64,000 nucleotides of DNA, from NCBI GenBank assembly GCA_905178155.1, contig CAJINV010000001.1, positions 4,940,747-5,004,746 of the forward strand. Reading direction: 5' to 3'. Shown here one piece after another: positions 1 to 11,800 of the stretch (position 1 is its first letter; the number at the start of each line of letters is the position of its first letter). A program made the translations under genes and the position numbers. This DNA is from Amoebophrya sp. A120. Taxonomy: Eukaryota; Protista; Dinoflagellata. The notes under the pieces are model-generated. The model ran no database searches. It had not been told where the DNA came from and was given only the letters and a program-made list of their open reading frames with translations.

Positions 1-455
1 CGTCCTGCACGCATCGGAAGAAAAGACCAACAGAAAATTGCGTCTGTCGTAGCTTTTTTATCGAGACGAACATGATGATAGTTGGAGTCGCATCTCAGTC
101 TCTTCGTCGTTCAAGAAATTTGCGTCGTACAATGATCCGCGGAACTTCGATCATCATCATCTAAATCTATCCTAAAAAGGAACTTCGCTCCGAAAAAGGT
201 TCTGGTATTTGCCAAATTGAAATCTTTGAAAGCAGATTCTGGGCAGTAGATGATCAGTAGACAGAGTCAGTGACCACGACCCTCACCCTTCATTTCATCC
301 TTCGTGTTCGCTGTGGAGGTTAAGGCTGACGTAATATTATGCATGGCACTGTATCTCTCATAACGCTAAATCTCAACGTTTCGTGTTGTATCATGTTGTA
401 TTTTTTGTACTGAATGCTGTAGTTCCTGTTGCTCATCGATCCTTCTTGTTCTATC

Positions 456-1649
456 TTAGTACGTCCTAGACCGCGATAAGAACTTGAACTGTTTTATCAA
501 AACTACACAAGTACCTGCTTCCACCAGCAACTCTGCGTCTGGTATTGGCTCGTGGGGCGTCTCTACTACTCCTCCCGTGCTGGTGCCGCCCTTTGCCGTC
601 TCTAAATGGTTTCGAATTTCCACTAGCTTATGGTAATAGGCGACGCTGTTCGCCTTTTTCTGGCGGTCTCTTTCAGCCACAGCGCCATCCATTTGTTCCA
701 CGGGTCGGTATTTCGGGGGAGGCGGCATGACAGGCATCGCCTTTAAGCCTTTAACCGAACTACTGGACGAAGCAGAGCCCCCTGCTGCTCCACCCTGAGC
801 TGCTTCTAACAGCGTATTGAAACTGAAAGTAATGGCGGTCTTTGCGGTCGTTTGCAGCTTAGGGGAAGATAAAGGCACGCCCGTCGGAGGTTTACTACTA
901 TTTTTGCCGCCATGATTTTTACTCTGTAGTTGCATCGGCAGCAACTGCGAAGTTGTAGCCTTTTGATGTTTCGTGGGATCGTAGGTTGAGGAGCGAATCT
1001 GTGGCTTTACGTCGTCTGGAACTTGCAAGCCCTGTTCCAAGTCCCGATCGGCCCAATCAAAGATCAATGTGCGGGTCTGTCTGCCGCCCTTGGCGCACGG
1101 AACATTGTACTGGTGCAGCGCCTTTATCGCGTTCGCGGCACTCTCCACGTCTGTGTATTCGCAGAACGCGCGCCCCTTGTGCCGCATGTTCGGGTCGTAC
1201 TGCCCATTTCCAGTGGCTCCAGCGATTTTGTTTTTCTCGTTACGTTCCTTGTCGAGTACCATCCGCAGCTCCACCGCGCCCGCGGCGCTGCTGCAGATTC
1301 CCCACAGTTCCTCCTGCGTCATCTCGAAGGGGACGTTCCCGATAAAAACGCGAACGCCGGTGGTCCTTTTCTTCTTGTTCGCACCTCCGTGAGACGATAA
1401 AGGAACTGGCGGAAGGTTCACGGGTGGTTGCGGTTTTGGCATCACTTTCGGCGGATGAATTATACTAGCGCCTATCCCGAGGATCTGCTGTTGCTGCTGC
1501 CAGAGTTGTGTATTCATCAGAGTGGACGCCCGCCCATCAGGAGCTGCGCCATGGTATTGCGGGTTCGACGGATTATAGGGACTGAACTGCACACCCGGCA
1601 AACCCGGGTAGGGTGGCTGATGCCCGGGCATCATGCTGGTACTGAACAA
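456..1649 (-). CDS. RRM-domain RNA-binding protein (CstF64/Rna15-like RRM); 3' end may be spliced
   Basis: RNP2 VFIGNVPF and RNP1 KGRAFCEY, plus AANAIKAL...RTLIFDWA, in a Pro/Gln-rich ORF. Confidence 0.75.
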   Translation of the reverse strand: MFSTSMMPGHQPPYPGLPGVQFSPYNPSNPQYHGAAPDGRASTLMNTQLWQQQQQILGIGASIIHPPKVMPKPQPPVNLPPVPLSSHGGANKKKRTTGVRVFIGNVPFEMTQEELWGICSSAAGAVELRMVLDKERNEKNKIAGATGNGQYDPNMRHKGRAFCEYTDVESAANAIKALHQYNVPCAKGGRQTRTLIFDWADRDLEQGLQVPDDVKPQIRSSTYDPTKHQKATTSQLLPMQLQSKNHGGKNSSKPPTGVPLSSPKLQTTAKTAITFSFNTLLEAAQGGAAGGSASSSSSVKGLKAMPVMPPPPKYRPVEQMDGAVAERDRQKKANSVAYYHKLVEIRNHLETAKGGTSTGGVVETPHEPIPDAELLVEAGTCVVLIKQFKFLSRSRTY

Positions 1650-3335
1650 CTGTCTCTTAGGAATTTTTCGCTACGGCTACGACTGACAACGTTGGAAGAA
1701 CGATGTTGGAGCAGATATGCTGATGGTGCATTTTTCAAAATTGTAATACTGTCAATTATGTTGATGACGAGAAATACAAATGCTGATTCTTATGCGCATA
1801 GGCACACAATACGTATTCATAGATGTCGACTCTCTAGTGTCGCTGGTGGTGATTTAGAGGTACATGCTGCCACGTTGCGTCCTCGTGCTGTAGCGGAAGA
1901 CACGGTGCAAAATGTCGTGTGACTTATACATATACTGCGACAAAGGGACACTTACTACACAGACATGTTCTTGACCTTGACGAAAAGAAAAGATGAAAAA
2001 TACATTACATACTCGACAGAATCAACATGTCTCGGTTGCTGAAAATATCCTGTGCCATCGATCACGACAAGAGGCGGGTCAGGTTAGGTACAAATTCAAA
2101 TTTATTGGATCCAAAAAATTAGCGATCGCGGTCGCGCGAACACGTTCTTACTTAATCATTCTGGCTTTTGCTCTCTTACTCTTTCCGACTGAAAAGCACA
2201 ATGAAAACAAAAAGAAACAAAGAGAAACAGGAACGAACAAATCAATATGGTGGCAGGATATGAATAAATCCTGTAGAAGACACACGACTGGGACCGACTG
2301 CGAAGATTTAATGACGAGAGTAGAGATAAACGCAGTCGCTGACCAACGATCTGCAAGAAAACATAAGACGAACAAGAACAAAGAAAGAGTAGGTAACGAA
2401 CCGTAAGCAGGTCTTGACTCATCATCGCTGGGAGCCGTTACAAAGCGCGCAGCGTACTCGTCCGCACTGTGGATGCAGTAGAAACTCGTTATTTCCGCGG
2501 ATGAGGTGATCGTTGACAAGCCACGACCGGGTCGTACTAGCACAAGTAGAAAGCGAAAGTTCTGTCATGAAAACGCCAGGGCTATCGATATCCGGGCTTG
2601 CCAGTGTGCTGCGCGAAATAGAAACGACAAAGGAGAAGGTGCTACTGTTACTGATGACGTGGTTGCGCACTTATGGCACAGCACGACAAGAAGAAACGCT
2701 GCAATAAGAATTAGATAGAAAAGAAAAAGTAACAGATTCTCGTTGGTGGCCTGCTCGCCATGCGGTACAACTACCAGCTTAAAGAAGAACTGTACTTCAG
2801 CGCCACCCAGTTCCCGAAGTACTCACAAAACGAAACAAGGGTAAAGAATAAGAAGATCGCATATTTCAAGGTAAGTCAAACTCATTGAAAAAAAGGGTAA
2901 ATCAAAATAAAAGCTCTTAGTCGCTGCAAAAAGGATGCGTTTAGAATTAGAACTTACAAACTCTGTGCAGGAAAAATCACACCTACGCATTTCCGCGCAC
3001 TTCTGATGGTGCGTGTGGAACTGCGACTGTCCTCAAGAAGAGCGTGTGCGATGTCAACAGAAATTGAAACACAGAGAGAGCAGAGTGCATGTGCAGCTAG
3101 CTGCAGTTTGGAAAATTATCTTTCTCTTCTGCTCAAGAACCACATGCAGCTTTCCAGTTCAAACTCAAATCTCCTTGAAGACATTGGCATCTCCGATTTT
3201 CTTGGAAAGACCCGATGTTCTTTGCAAGGGGCAGAAGATGCATGCACGACCCTCCGGGCACAGTAATGATCCTACTTGCCTTTGGGGACGAGGACGACCA
3301 TCAAGCGTGTTTCGGACGCCGCGAGTGCCCCTTGG

Positions 3336-6300
3336 TCAGACAAATTGGCGCTCGTCGTCCGGAAACAAGAAGGTTGTGGTATCGCTGCAAAATTTAACTT
3401 TGTCCTCCATACCGGGGGGCGGCGGACTTGTCATCAACATGGCCAAGTTCAGCGTCATCCCCACAAGGTCCGCTAACGCATCGGTAATGACCTCGCGCGC
3501 CGGTTTCCAGTCGCGAACGGTGATGGTCACCAACGTATTCTCTTCCTGATCTTCTTGCTCATCTTCTTGATGCTGTCGGTTCTCCTCCTCGTGGTCCTGC
3601 TGCTGCTGCTGACAAGAAGGTGACGAGGTGCCTGCGTTTTGATCATGGCGGCTTTCGTGGTGCTCGTTCTTGGAGGAACTTCCGGCTGACGTCGGGGGTG
3701 GACTTGTTCCCGTTTTCTCACGGTCTTGCCTCTGTGGTCGTCCACCTGCTCCGGTGTTTGTTGCAGCGGTGGGAGTAGTATTTCCACCCTGCTCGCCGTT
3801 GTTCTCGTGATCAGAATTGGGTTGTGGCGTTGTACTACTTCTAGAGCAGTCCTTGCTTTGACCAGGCATCGTCGTGCTTTCCTCGTGCGTCGGTGGCGAT
3901 GCGGTGCAATCCTCGCTTCTTCGTGAAGATGAAGAAGATGTAGATGATTCTTGTCGACGTTCTCGTTCTCCTGCCCCCGCTAAATTACTGCTGGTAGAAC
4001 TACTTTTCCCGCTTTCGTGCTCTTGTCTACTTCGCTTCGTCCTGTTTCCCTTGGAAGTTCCCCCCGTTTTCTTCTTTTCCTTGACATTGACGTACATTTT
4101 CCGCAACGGGTCCACTCTTGGAATCCGCTTGCTCGCCCGGTCCAGCGAGCCGCTGGTGCGAAACACCCGCTTCGCGCGCTCCATCGCCAACTCCGCGTCG
4201 TACTGCCGGCGCTGCTGCTCGTCTTGCAACACGTCATAGGCTTTTCTGACGCGCAGAAACGCTTCGTTGCTGTCCGCGGCCTTGTCCGGGTGGGTTTCCA
4301 GCGCTCTTTTTCGATACGCCTTCCGGATTTCCGCGAGACTCGCGTCCTGGCTGACGTTCAAGACCTCGTAGTGGGATTCTTCCACCGGCGGCTCGGGCGG
4401 TTCGCTGTTCATCCCGTTCGAAGAGGATGAACCAGCAGCAGACGAGGTCGAAGAACCACCGCCGTCGTTCAGCATGGAGTTCGGAATCAGCAGCCGGATG
4501 GTCTTATGCATTGCAAAAATGTCTGGGTCTGGAAGGCTGCGAACTTGTGATGCGTGGTGCGCATCCTGCAAAAATTTGTGTTGCATGGCTTGCAAAAGGC
4601 GCCTATTTCTGACCATTCTGAGAGGGCATTTCTCATGCGGAATGGGCATCACTAAGGGGCTGCACAACCTGTGATGCTCGGTTCTGCATTTCAATCTTGG
4701 CGGAGCTTGGAAAAACTGAATGACAAATCTCGGAATCTTCCAGACCCATACATTTTTACATTTGATAGGTCTTTTCGCTCGTGCACAACCGGCGGAAGTA
4801 CGCTGGGATCTTGGCCGGGTGGAAAAACGCCATGTGGTCCAAAACGATCTTGCCGGAGATCGAATTCAGCACGAAATTCGTGACAAAGTGCGAGCACTCC
4901 TCGAGGCTGTGCCGCGGTGCCATGTTCACCTGGGTCAGGTCGACGGCAGCCAGCAACTCGTCTCGTCCGGGCCGACCATACTCCGCTCTTCGGGGAATCT
5001 GGATTTGCTCCCCCGTGCGGGCGTCGATCGGGATGAATGTCCTGTCGACCAGAAACAGATGCAGCCGCGTCAGCTCCTCATCTGACGCGAAGAAATAGTC
5101 GCGCACGGACGCCGGGGCGCAGCTGCGGACGACGGTATTCGCGTTTCGCACGGCCGTACCACAACCCATCATCGCCCAGAACGCGCGGCTGGTTAAGTTC
5201 GGCAGGGCGAGGGCAAAGTCGGAAAAGTCGTCGGCGGCGGTCGTCTCAGCAGCGGTAGAAGTACTAGAAGGCAGTTCTGACGAACTCCTTGAGCCGTTGT
5301 CCTGTCGTGCCGAGGACGAGCAAGGTGAAACAGCACCATCTTCACCCGAGTTCTTTAGGATAATTTCTCCTCGTTCATCTTGCGTTGCTGTCGTGTCTTG
5401 TTCTACTAACATCGTGCTACTCGGCCGAGGAGTTGGTGCTGCTGTTTTGTTGTTAGCACTAGCAGTTCTTGTCTCTACTTCATCTGTAGTTAGCCTTTTT
5501 CTATTCCGTCGCTCTAGGAAAGCTTTGCTAGTACTCGTTCTTGTGTCACGTACTTTTTGTACTCCGGTGGTTAGCAGGTGCAGGAGTGGTGATGATGAGC
5601 ATGTAGTACTGGCAGTCGTAGCTGCATCATCATTTTTCTCGTTGGTGGCCCTGGTCGTCGTGGCAGCAGGTTCTTCTACTTGCGGCCCAGCAGTGTGCTG
5701 GTCTAGTAATTCTTGGGAATTTATTTCATACTCATCTGTTAAATCGGGCTCAACACTAGCTTGATGTTCGTGTTCGTGCTTTTTGTCCGAGGTGGAGGAG
5801 AAACACGACGAGTCATCTTTTACTTCGTCCTGAAATCTGACAACTTTTTTCTTTACTTCCTTACGCTTCTTACTTTGTCCATTGGCACTGCTTGGCGACG
5901 ATGCGAATGCCGCGGTGGTTCCCGAGGAGGGTCGGCACTCATTCGTCTCACTTGTACTTTCTACTTCCATGTCAACATCCACGTGCTCTTCTTCTTCACT
6001 AGTTGTAATGTCGGTCGAGACGGACGAATCTATTCGAGCTTGCTCCTGTGAGGCGGCTCGTGTAGTAAGTGGACCAGCGGCGCTAGCAGCAACACCCGGA
6101 TCACCTCCACTGCCTGCGCCGGGTCGTTTCTGCTGCTCTTCATCTTCTTCATCTCGTCCCGTGGTATAATTTCTGTTTTCGATAGTAGAAGAAAAGAGCG
6201 ATCCGAAGACTAGGAAAGCGTCTGAAAAGGAAGGTGCGACCTGGCTTCTCAACACACGAGGACCATCGGGTGGCGATATCAAGTGTAAAAATGTCTGGGT

Positions 6301-6971
6301 CTGGAAGAATGCAACTTGTCAGGCTGATTTTGGATTCTAAAAATATCTGTATTGCATGAGCAGCAAAGAAAGTCCAAGTTTTGCTACACAGAAAGAGCAT
6401 TTCTCATGCGGTAAAGGCATCAGGAAGCCCTCACAAAATCTGTGATGCTAGGGCATGCATCACAGACATCAGAAGTCATGCAAAATGTGCATGACAAACC
6501 TGGCAATCTTCCAGACCCAGACATTTTTACATTTGATAGGCGAAGACGAAGTACAACTAGGAAGATGCTGGTTCGTGGTCGTCGTGCTCATGTTTTCGTT
6601 TGCAGCTTCACCGGATTTCGAGGTATCAAATGTAAAAGTGTCTGGGTCTGAGAGAGTGCATGTTTGTCATGCTTGTCTGGCATGACTCTTAAATCTGTCA
6701 TGCACATTGCCCAAGAGACGTTTTTTTTCTGTCATGCGGAGACGAAGTTTGTCATGCATAATAGGCAACACCTACAAGCTCAGAAATTTATCATGCTGAG
6801 CCAGCACTTGTGGCCTCCTCATGCTACGCCACTCAGCATCACAAGTTTCCAGACCCAGACATTTTTACATTTGATAATCTCGTCGCTGGAACTACTAGAA
6901 AGATCGCCGTCAGAGTGAGAGTGTGATGTCGCAGTGGACGGATGTTTATTTTTCTTGTTTTTCTTTCTCAT
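3336..6971 (-). CDS. Large low-complexity DnaJ-domain protein interrupted by 2-3 introner introns (start uncertain)
   Basis: J-domain SHYEVLNV...YRKRALETHPDK...AYDVLQD. Removing 4505-4767+TSD joins SEKT|IRLL, and removing 6277-6538+TSD joins SCTSS|SPPDG, both in frame. The upstream ATG at 6971 is tentative. Confidence 0.75.
4505..4767. mobile_element. Introner family A (non-canonical intron)
   Basis: TIR TATGCATTGCAAAAATGTCTGGGTCTGGAAG / CTTCCAGACCCATACATTTTTACATTTGATA; TSD GGTCT on both sides; 268-nt removal restores frame. Confidence 0.92.
6277..6538. mobile_element. Introner family A
   Basis: ~31-bp TIR, TSD GGCGA, 267-nt removal in frame. Confidence 0.92.
6624..6876. mobile_element. Introner family A lacking a matching TSD
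   Basis: Family-A TIRs; flanks CGAGG and ATCTC do not match. Confidence 0.85.
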
Positions 6972-8820
6972 TCTCACATCATCTGTGGATAGCCCGGTTT
7001 TATTGTTACTACCTGATCTGCCTTATCGCCGAACTGTCCGCCGAATACCTGCTCCGGCCGATCTCGTCTCCCCATGGTATCCTCATAATATTACCTCTCG
7101 AAATAGAACGCAGTGCTGAGGTTACCATCAGATTCTCGAGGTCGAGAGAGAGTCAGACGCATCCTTGCTATTATAGTTGTACCTCTCTACCTGTCTTCAA
7201 GTCAACATCTGAAAGTGCGTGCTTCTGCTTTCCGGGGTGCATTAAATTTAGAGATACGGTAATATCGACACCAACATAATCAGTATACGAAAACGAAGGA
7301 AATCAAATAAATTCGTCCTCCTACGAAACACGAGGTTGACGAATCGCACTAGCAGTAGCTGCCGTCTCTATACTGCCTCTGGTTGAAGGAGCGCCCTCTG
7401 AATCTTCTCTCACTCAATACTCTCTTGGACCAAGCCTGGGCGAGCCCTCAGAGGACTCTCGACTGTCGCTGCGCCACTTCGACCTCAATCCACACGAGCA
7501 ACACACCGAAGACTCTATCTTAATATTATCGAACTGAAATCATTATCATGGATGACAATCTCGTGCGGTGGATTCCGACGCGTTTGGTGGAGCAGCGATG
7601 TCCGAAGCACTAACGCGCTCGCGCGGGAGCTGTACGTAGATACAGCGCGCGGCCCGGCATGGTGGCGCCGGCGCTTCTGCCGCGAGAGGAATGCAAAATC
7701 TTGCGCCCAGCCCAATCGACTATAGGGCGATGGGGGCACCAAGCATATTTTTGGGCGACCGGCCACGCCTTGAGGACCACCCGTGTGGTAGCGGGCAGCC
7801 CTCGCGCAGCAGGTCGGGGCCCGATTGTGGTGCTCCGTGTCACGCTTGGCCCTCTCAGCGAGGCTGCCAATCAGAATCCATAGATAGAGTATCTCGAAGG
7901 TTTTGGTTTTGGGAGGTGGTTCCATGCATTTCGTTCGATGTATAAAAATTTGCTCAACTTTCACAAGGAAATGCAAAGATTAAGGTCGACATCCATATAT
8001 ATGTTTATTCGCAGCTTTTTTGTTTGCTTTTATGCAGTCTCAAAAAGTATTAATACGTTTGAAAACGACATGAAGGGCAAGTTTCCACGGTTACTACTCT
8101 AGGTTTATGGTGTTACAGTATGATTGCTGCCAGACCAAGTTCCCCTAGGCATTTCCCCGGTTTCCGCCCCAGGATCGCCGGGCTTGGGACCTGCATACAC
8201 GGGGGGGGTGCAGGACGACACAGCAGTGCCGTATCCTATCCTACAGTCGTGGGTTCCTGAGCGTACGTGCGCAGGTGCTTCCCGAGGTCACCCGCTCCGT
8301 GCGGGCGACCCCCAACGCCCATGGTGAGGCGCATTTGTCGTGATCCTTACTCGGTTTGCGGCTGCTGCATGCGGTTTTCGTCCGCGCAACGAGAGATGAG
8401 ACACAGCAACAGACATCGACGCGAACGCAAGATCGAAACGCACAGCATCGGATCATTGTGTGTCACCTCGGTGATGATCATGTGTTCGCTATCACGAGCA
8501 TGTGGGACGCCATCGCATCCGTCTCTCGAACACCAGACAGCCAGCACGCGGAGGAGATAACTCTCTCTCCAAGGACTCACGAACTCTTTTCTCGGACCAG
8601 TGCAACAAAACTTATGTATAGGTTTTTCAGAGCAGTCCTATGGCTGGGACCGCCCTGGCCGGCCTGTGGGTGGGCGCGGCAATTGCAAGTTTCCACACAC
8701 CTTAATATGGCGGCCAGTGTGACATCTGAATTTGTCGTGCCTGACATCATTAATTCTACTACACCCCACCGCAATTGTCGTATTTCTCCGGGCTCATGAT
8801 TGTAGGTCGTCCCCACTCGA

Positions 8821-11800
8821 CTAGACTTCTTGCCCTCCCTCCTCTTCCTCGGTAGTGGAGCCGTGTTCGGAGATTGGAAATTCCGCGTCCCGGACCGTCC
8901 GGAGGAAATCCAGGATCTCGTCCGCCGATTGGAGCCCCCCCAGATGGCGATACTCATGGCAAAGCCTGATGTGCTGCCACGAGTCCATTGTATCTTTGCA
9001 CCGGGGGCAATTTGTCGCGCGTATTCCTTCCTCGGTAATTTTCTTAAACCTGGTTGCCCCGGCAACATCCCCGAGCGTCTTTTGGAGCCAGCGGCCCTCC
9101 CCTCGCGCCGCTCGGTAGATATCCCTGATCTTTGCGCGGGTCAGCTGTAGGTCGTGGAATATTTCGCCGGATCGCGAGCCCTCTTCCGCCAGGCGGCGCA
9201 TTGCCTCCGCCTCCTCCTCCTCTAGTTGCGCGACCAGAGCGGCCTTGATTTCTACATGGCATGGCGGATCCATTTCCCGAACCTCCTGTGGCGTCGGTTC
9301 TCCCGCGCACGCGTGCGTGCAGATGGTGTCCGCCAGTTCGTTGGCGTCGTTGCCGCAGTGCGCCGGCACAAATACCAGCCGCACACTTTTATACCGGGCC
9401 GCCACTTGGCCCAGCATTTCCGCAAGCCTGACGTCCTGGTCGGCTCCATCAAGCGTCGTGCCAAGCATATTCGCAAGCCGCTCCACGAGGCTCAGGCTGT
9501 CCACCAGCACGAGGACCTCCGTTTGCTTGTTTCGTTTGTCTTCCCAGCTTGCCCCCCAGAGGAGTTCTGCGAGGCCGCGCTCTAGCCCCAGGCGCTCCAT
9601 AGCGTACGCGCTGCTGGTTTTTGCTCGCCTGTAGGCGCTGCACTTTGTCCGCCCTAGTGTTGCCACCACTGTGGCCGCAGCCCCTTGCTTGGTCTTGCTC
9701 GAAAAGCTTCCGTCTGTGGCCAAGAGCACTCCCCCTGCCGCCACGTGCTTCCGCCCCCGGTTTCCAATTTCGGTCGGGTCCGGGTCACGGGTTTCGAATT
9801 CTATGTTGTCTGCTTCGATCATTGGCACAGCCCGGAATGGTGCCACTGCGTCATAGCACCATCCGGTTTTGCGCAATAGTCGAACGCCATGGGATATCCA
9901 GCCCGCCTCGCTGAACTTTCCAAATTCGTCCCCGAGTTCGGGGGCGTACGAGTTGAAGCATGGCGGCGCACTTGTGTCCACGGCCGGTCTCAGGCCTGTG
10001 CCCTCCCCTTCTTTGTGGTAGTAGTACCCGGCGAAGGTTGTATCGCCCCCCATTGCGGAGAGGATTTGGTTTTCCTCCGCCCCATCCATTTTGGCGACTG
10101 GGATCTGTAGCGGGGACGCGGCTTCGACCCACTTCCCCCCCCCGGCACCCCCCTTCGCCCTCCCTGTTCTACTCAGCCGCGCCGCCAGGGTATTTCTGAG
10201 GTGTGTCTCGGGGCCCCGGAGGCTTGCGTCGATGAGGGACGCCACCCCTCGCGTGTACGCGTTTTGGATGGAGGTCGAGAGGGAAAGCATCCGCAGCGCC
10301 TCCAGCCGCATTGTCCGGACCCCGCCTATCGCGAGCCGCTGCGCAATGTTTAGCGCGTCTGTGTTCAGCCGTTTGAGGACTGGCGCCGGGGCATACGTTC
10401 CCCACCCCGCCACGCCCCATGTCACCGACTGGGTGATGAGGGCCCGGATGGTCTGCGTGAAGACGTACGGCTCGAGCCCCCACGAGTAGCTGGAGAGGCG
10501 CTTGAGGATGGGCAGCCGCCGCCGCACCTTCTCTGTGACCGCCTTGACGTGCGGCCCAAAGTGCAAAAGATGGTCGACCTGGACCCCCAACACCCGGTGG
10601 ACCGAAACTTGTTCGAACGGAAGGCCGTCGAGCGGTGTCGCCTCCCGCGGAAGGTCGACGCAGCTGGCCCCGGATGGCGTTGGCGCTTGTGCGAATTCCT
10701 TGCGGCGCGTTTCCCTGTGCTGCATCTCCTTCCCCACCAGGGTGCCATCGAATATCAGGCATTTTGTTTTGTCGGCGTCGAGGCTCAGCCCGAGGGCGCG
10801 GAGCTCCTCCCGGAGCGCGGCCGCTAGTCTCCGCAGCGCTTTGGCTAGTTTGCCCCTGCTGTCCGCCGCGACCATCAACACACCGTCATCGGCATAAAAA
10901 TGGACTTCCGCATCTGTATCCCGTCCCAGGTTCTTCTCCCTCAACCTTTTTGGGAGCCGGTCAATGAGGACGTTCCACAGGGTGGGGGATGCGATCCCCC
11001 CTTGGGGGAGACCGGAAACACATTCCCGGTATGTGGATACGTCCTCCCCGAAGCGGACCCGGAAGCTTCTGTGAATCATCCACGCATGGATGAAACGGCC
11101 GCACCCCGGTGTGACGCCCATGGCCCTGCATTCTTCCAACAACTTCCCGGCCCGGACACTATCGTATGCGCCTGTTATGTCAGTACTAATCCACCCGACA
11201 TGCTTGCCCCTTGCCAGCCGGGTGGAAGTCCAATGAAGGATCTCGGCGATTTGCTGGTCGCACCCCACATGCGGCCGGAATGCATGCTGGCTTTTTGAGA
11301 AGAGTTCCTCCCCTGCCGCATCTTGCGTGCGCATGGTTTTCTGCATCCGCCAGAGGACCACTCTCTCAAGGGTTTTGACCGCCACGGGCAGGAGTGATAT
11401 CGGCCGGTACCCAGTGGCCTTAGACCCATCCTTTCCTGGCTTCTCAAGCAAGATGACCATCGCGCGGCACAGCATCGGCGGGATCTTGGCCCCCCCGAGG
11501 ATGACCGAGAAGAGGTCAGCCAGGGGCGCGTGCGTTGCCGGGGAGTGCAGCAGCATCTCGTTTGTCACCCCGTCCTCGCCCGGCGTCTTGTTACGCTTGG
11601 CCACCTTTAGCGCGCGCTGCACCTCCCCCGTTGTGACCGGGTCCGGCGGCTCTTCTTCCCGGAGCCAGTTGCGCACTTCTGGAGTTAGCTCGGGCGCTAT
11701 GTCCGCCCTTTTGGTCGGCTTTGTGTCCACCCCGTTTTCGGCACTTTTTTCGTCCTCCCCTAGGTACTTGCGATTAAACCAAGTCGCCCAAGCTTGGGCT

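Noticed and set aside
7515-7980. GC-rich patch as a gene or MITE
   Set aside because: No motif, TIR or TSD could be supported.
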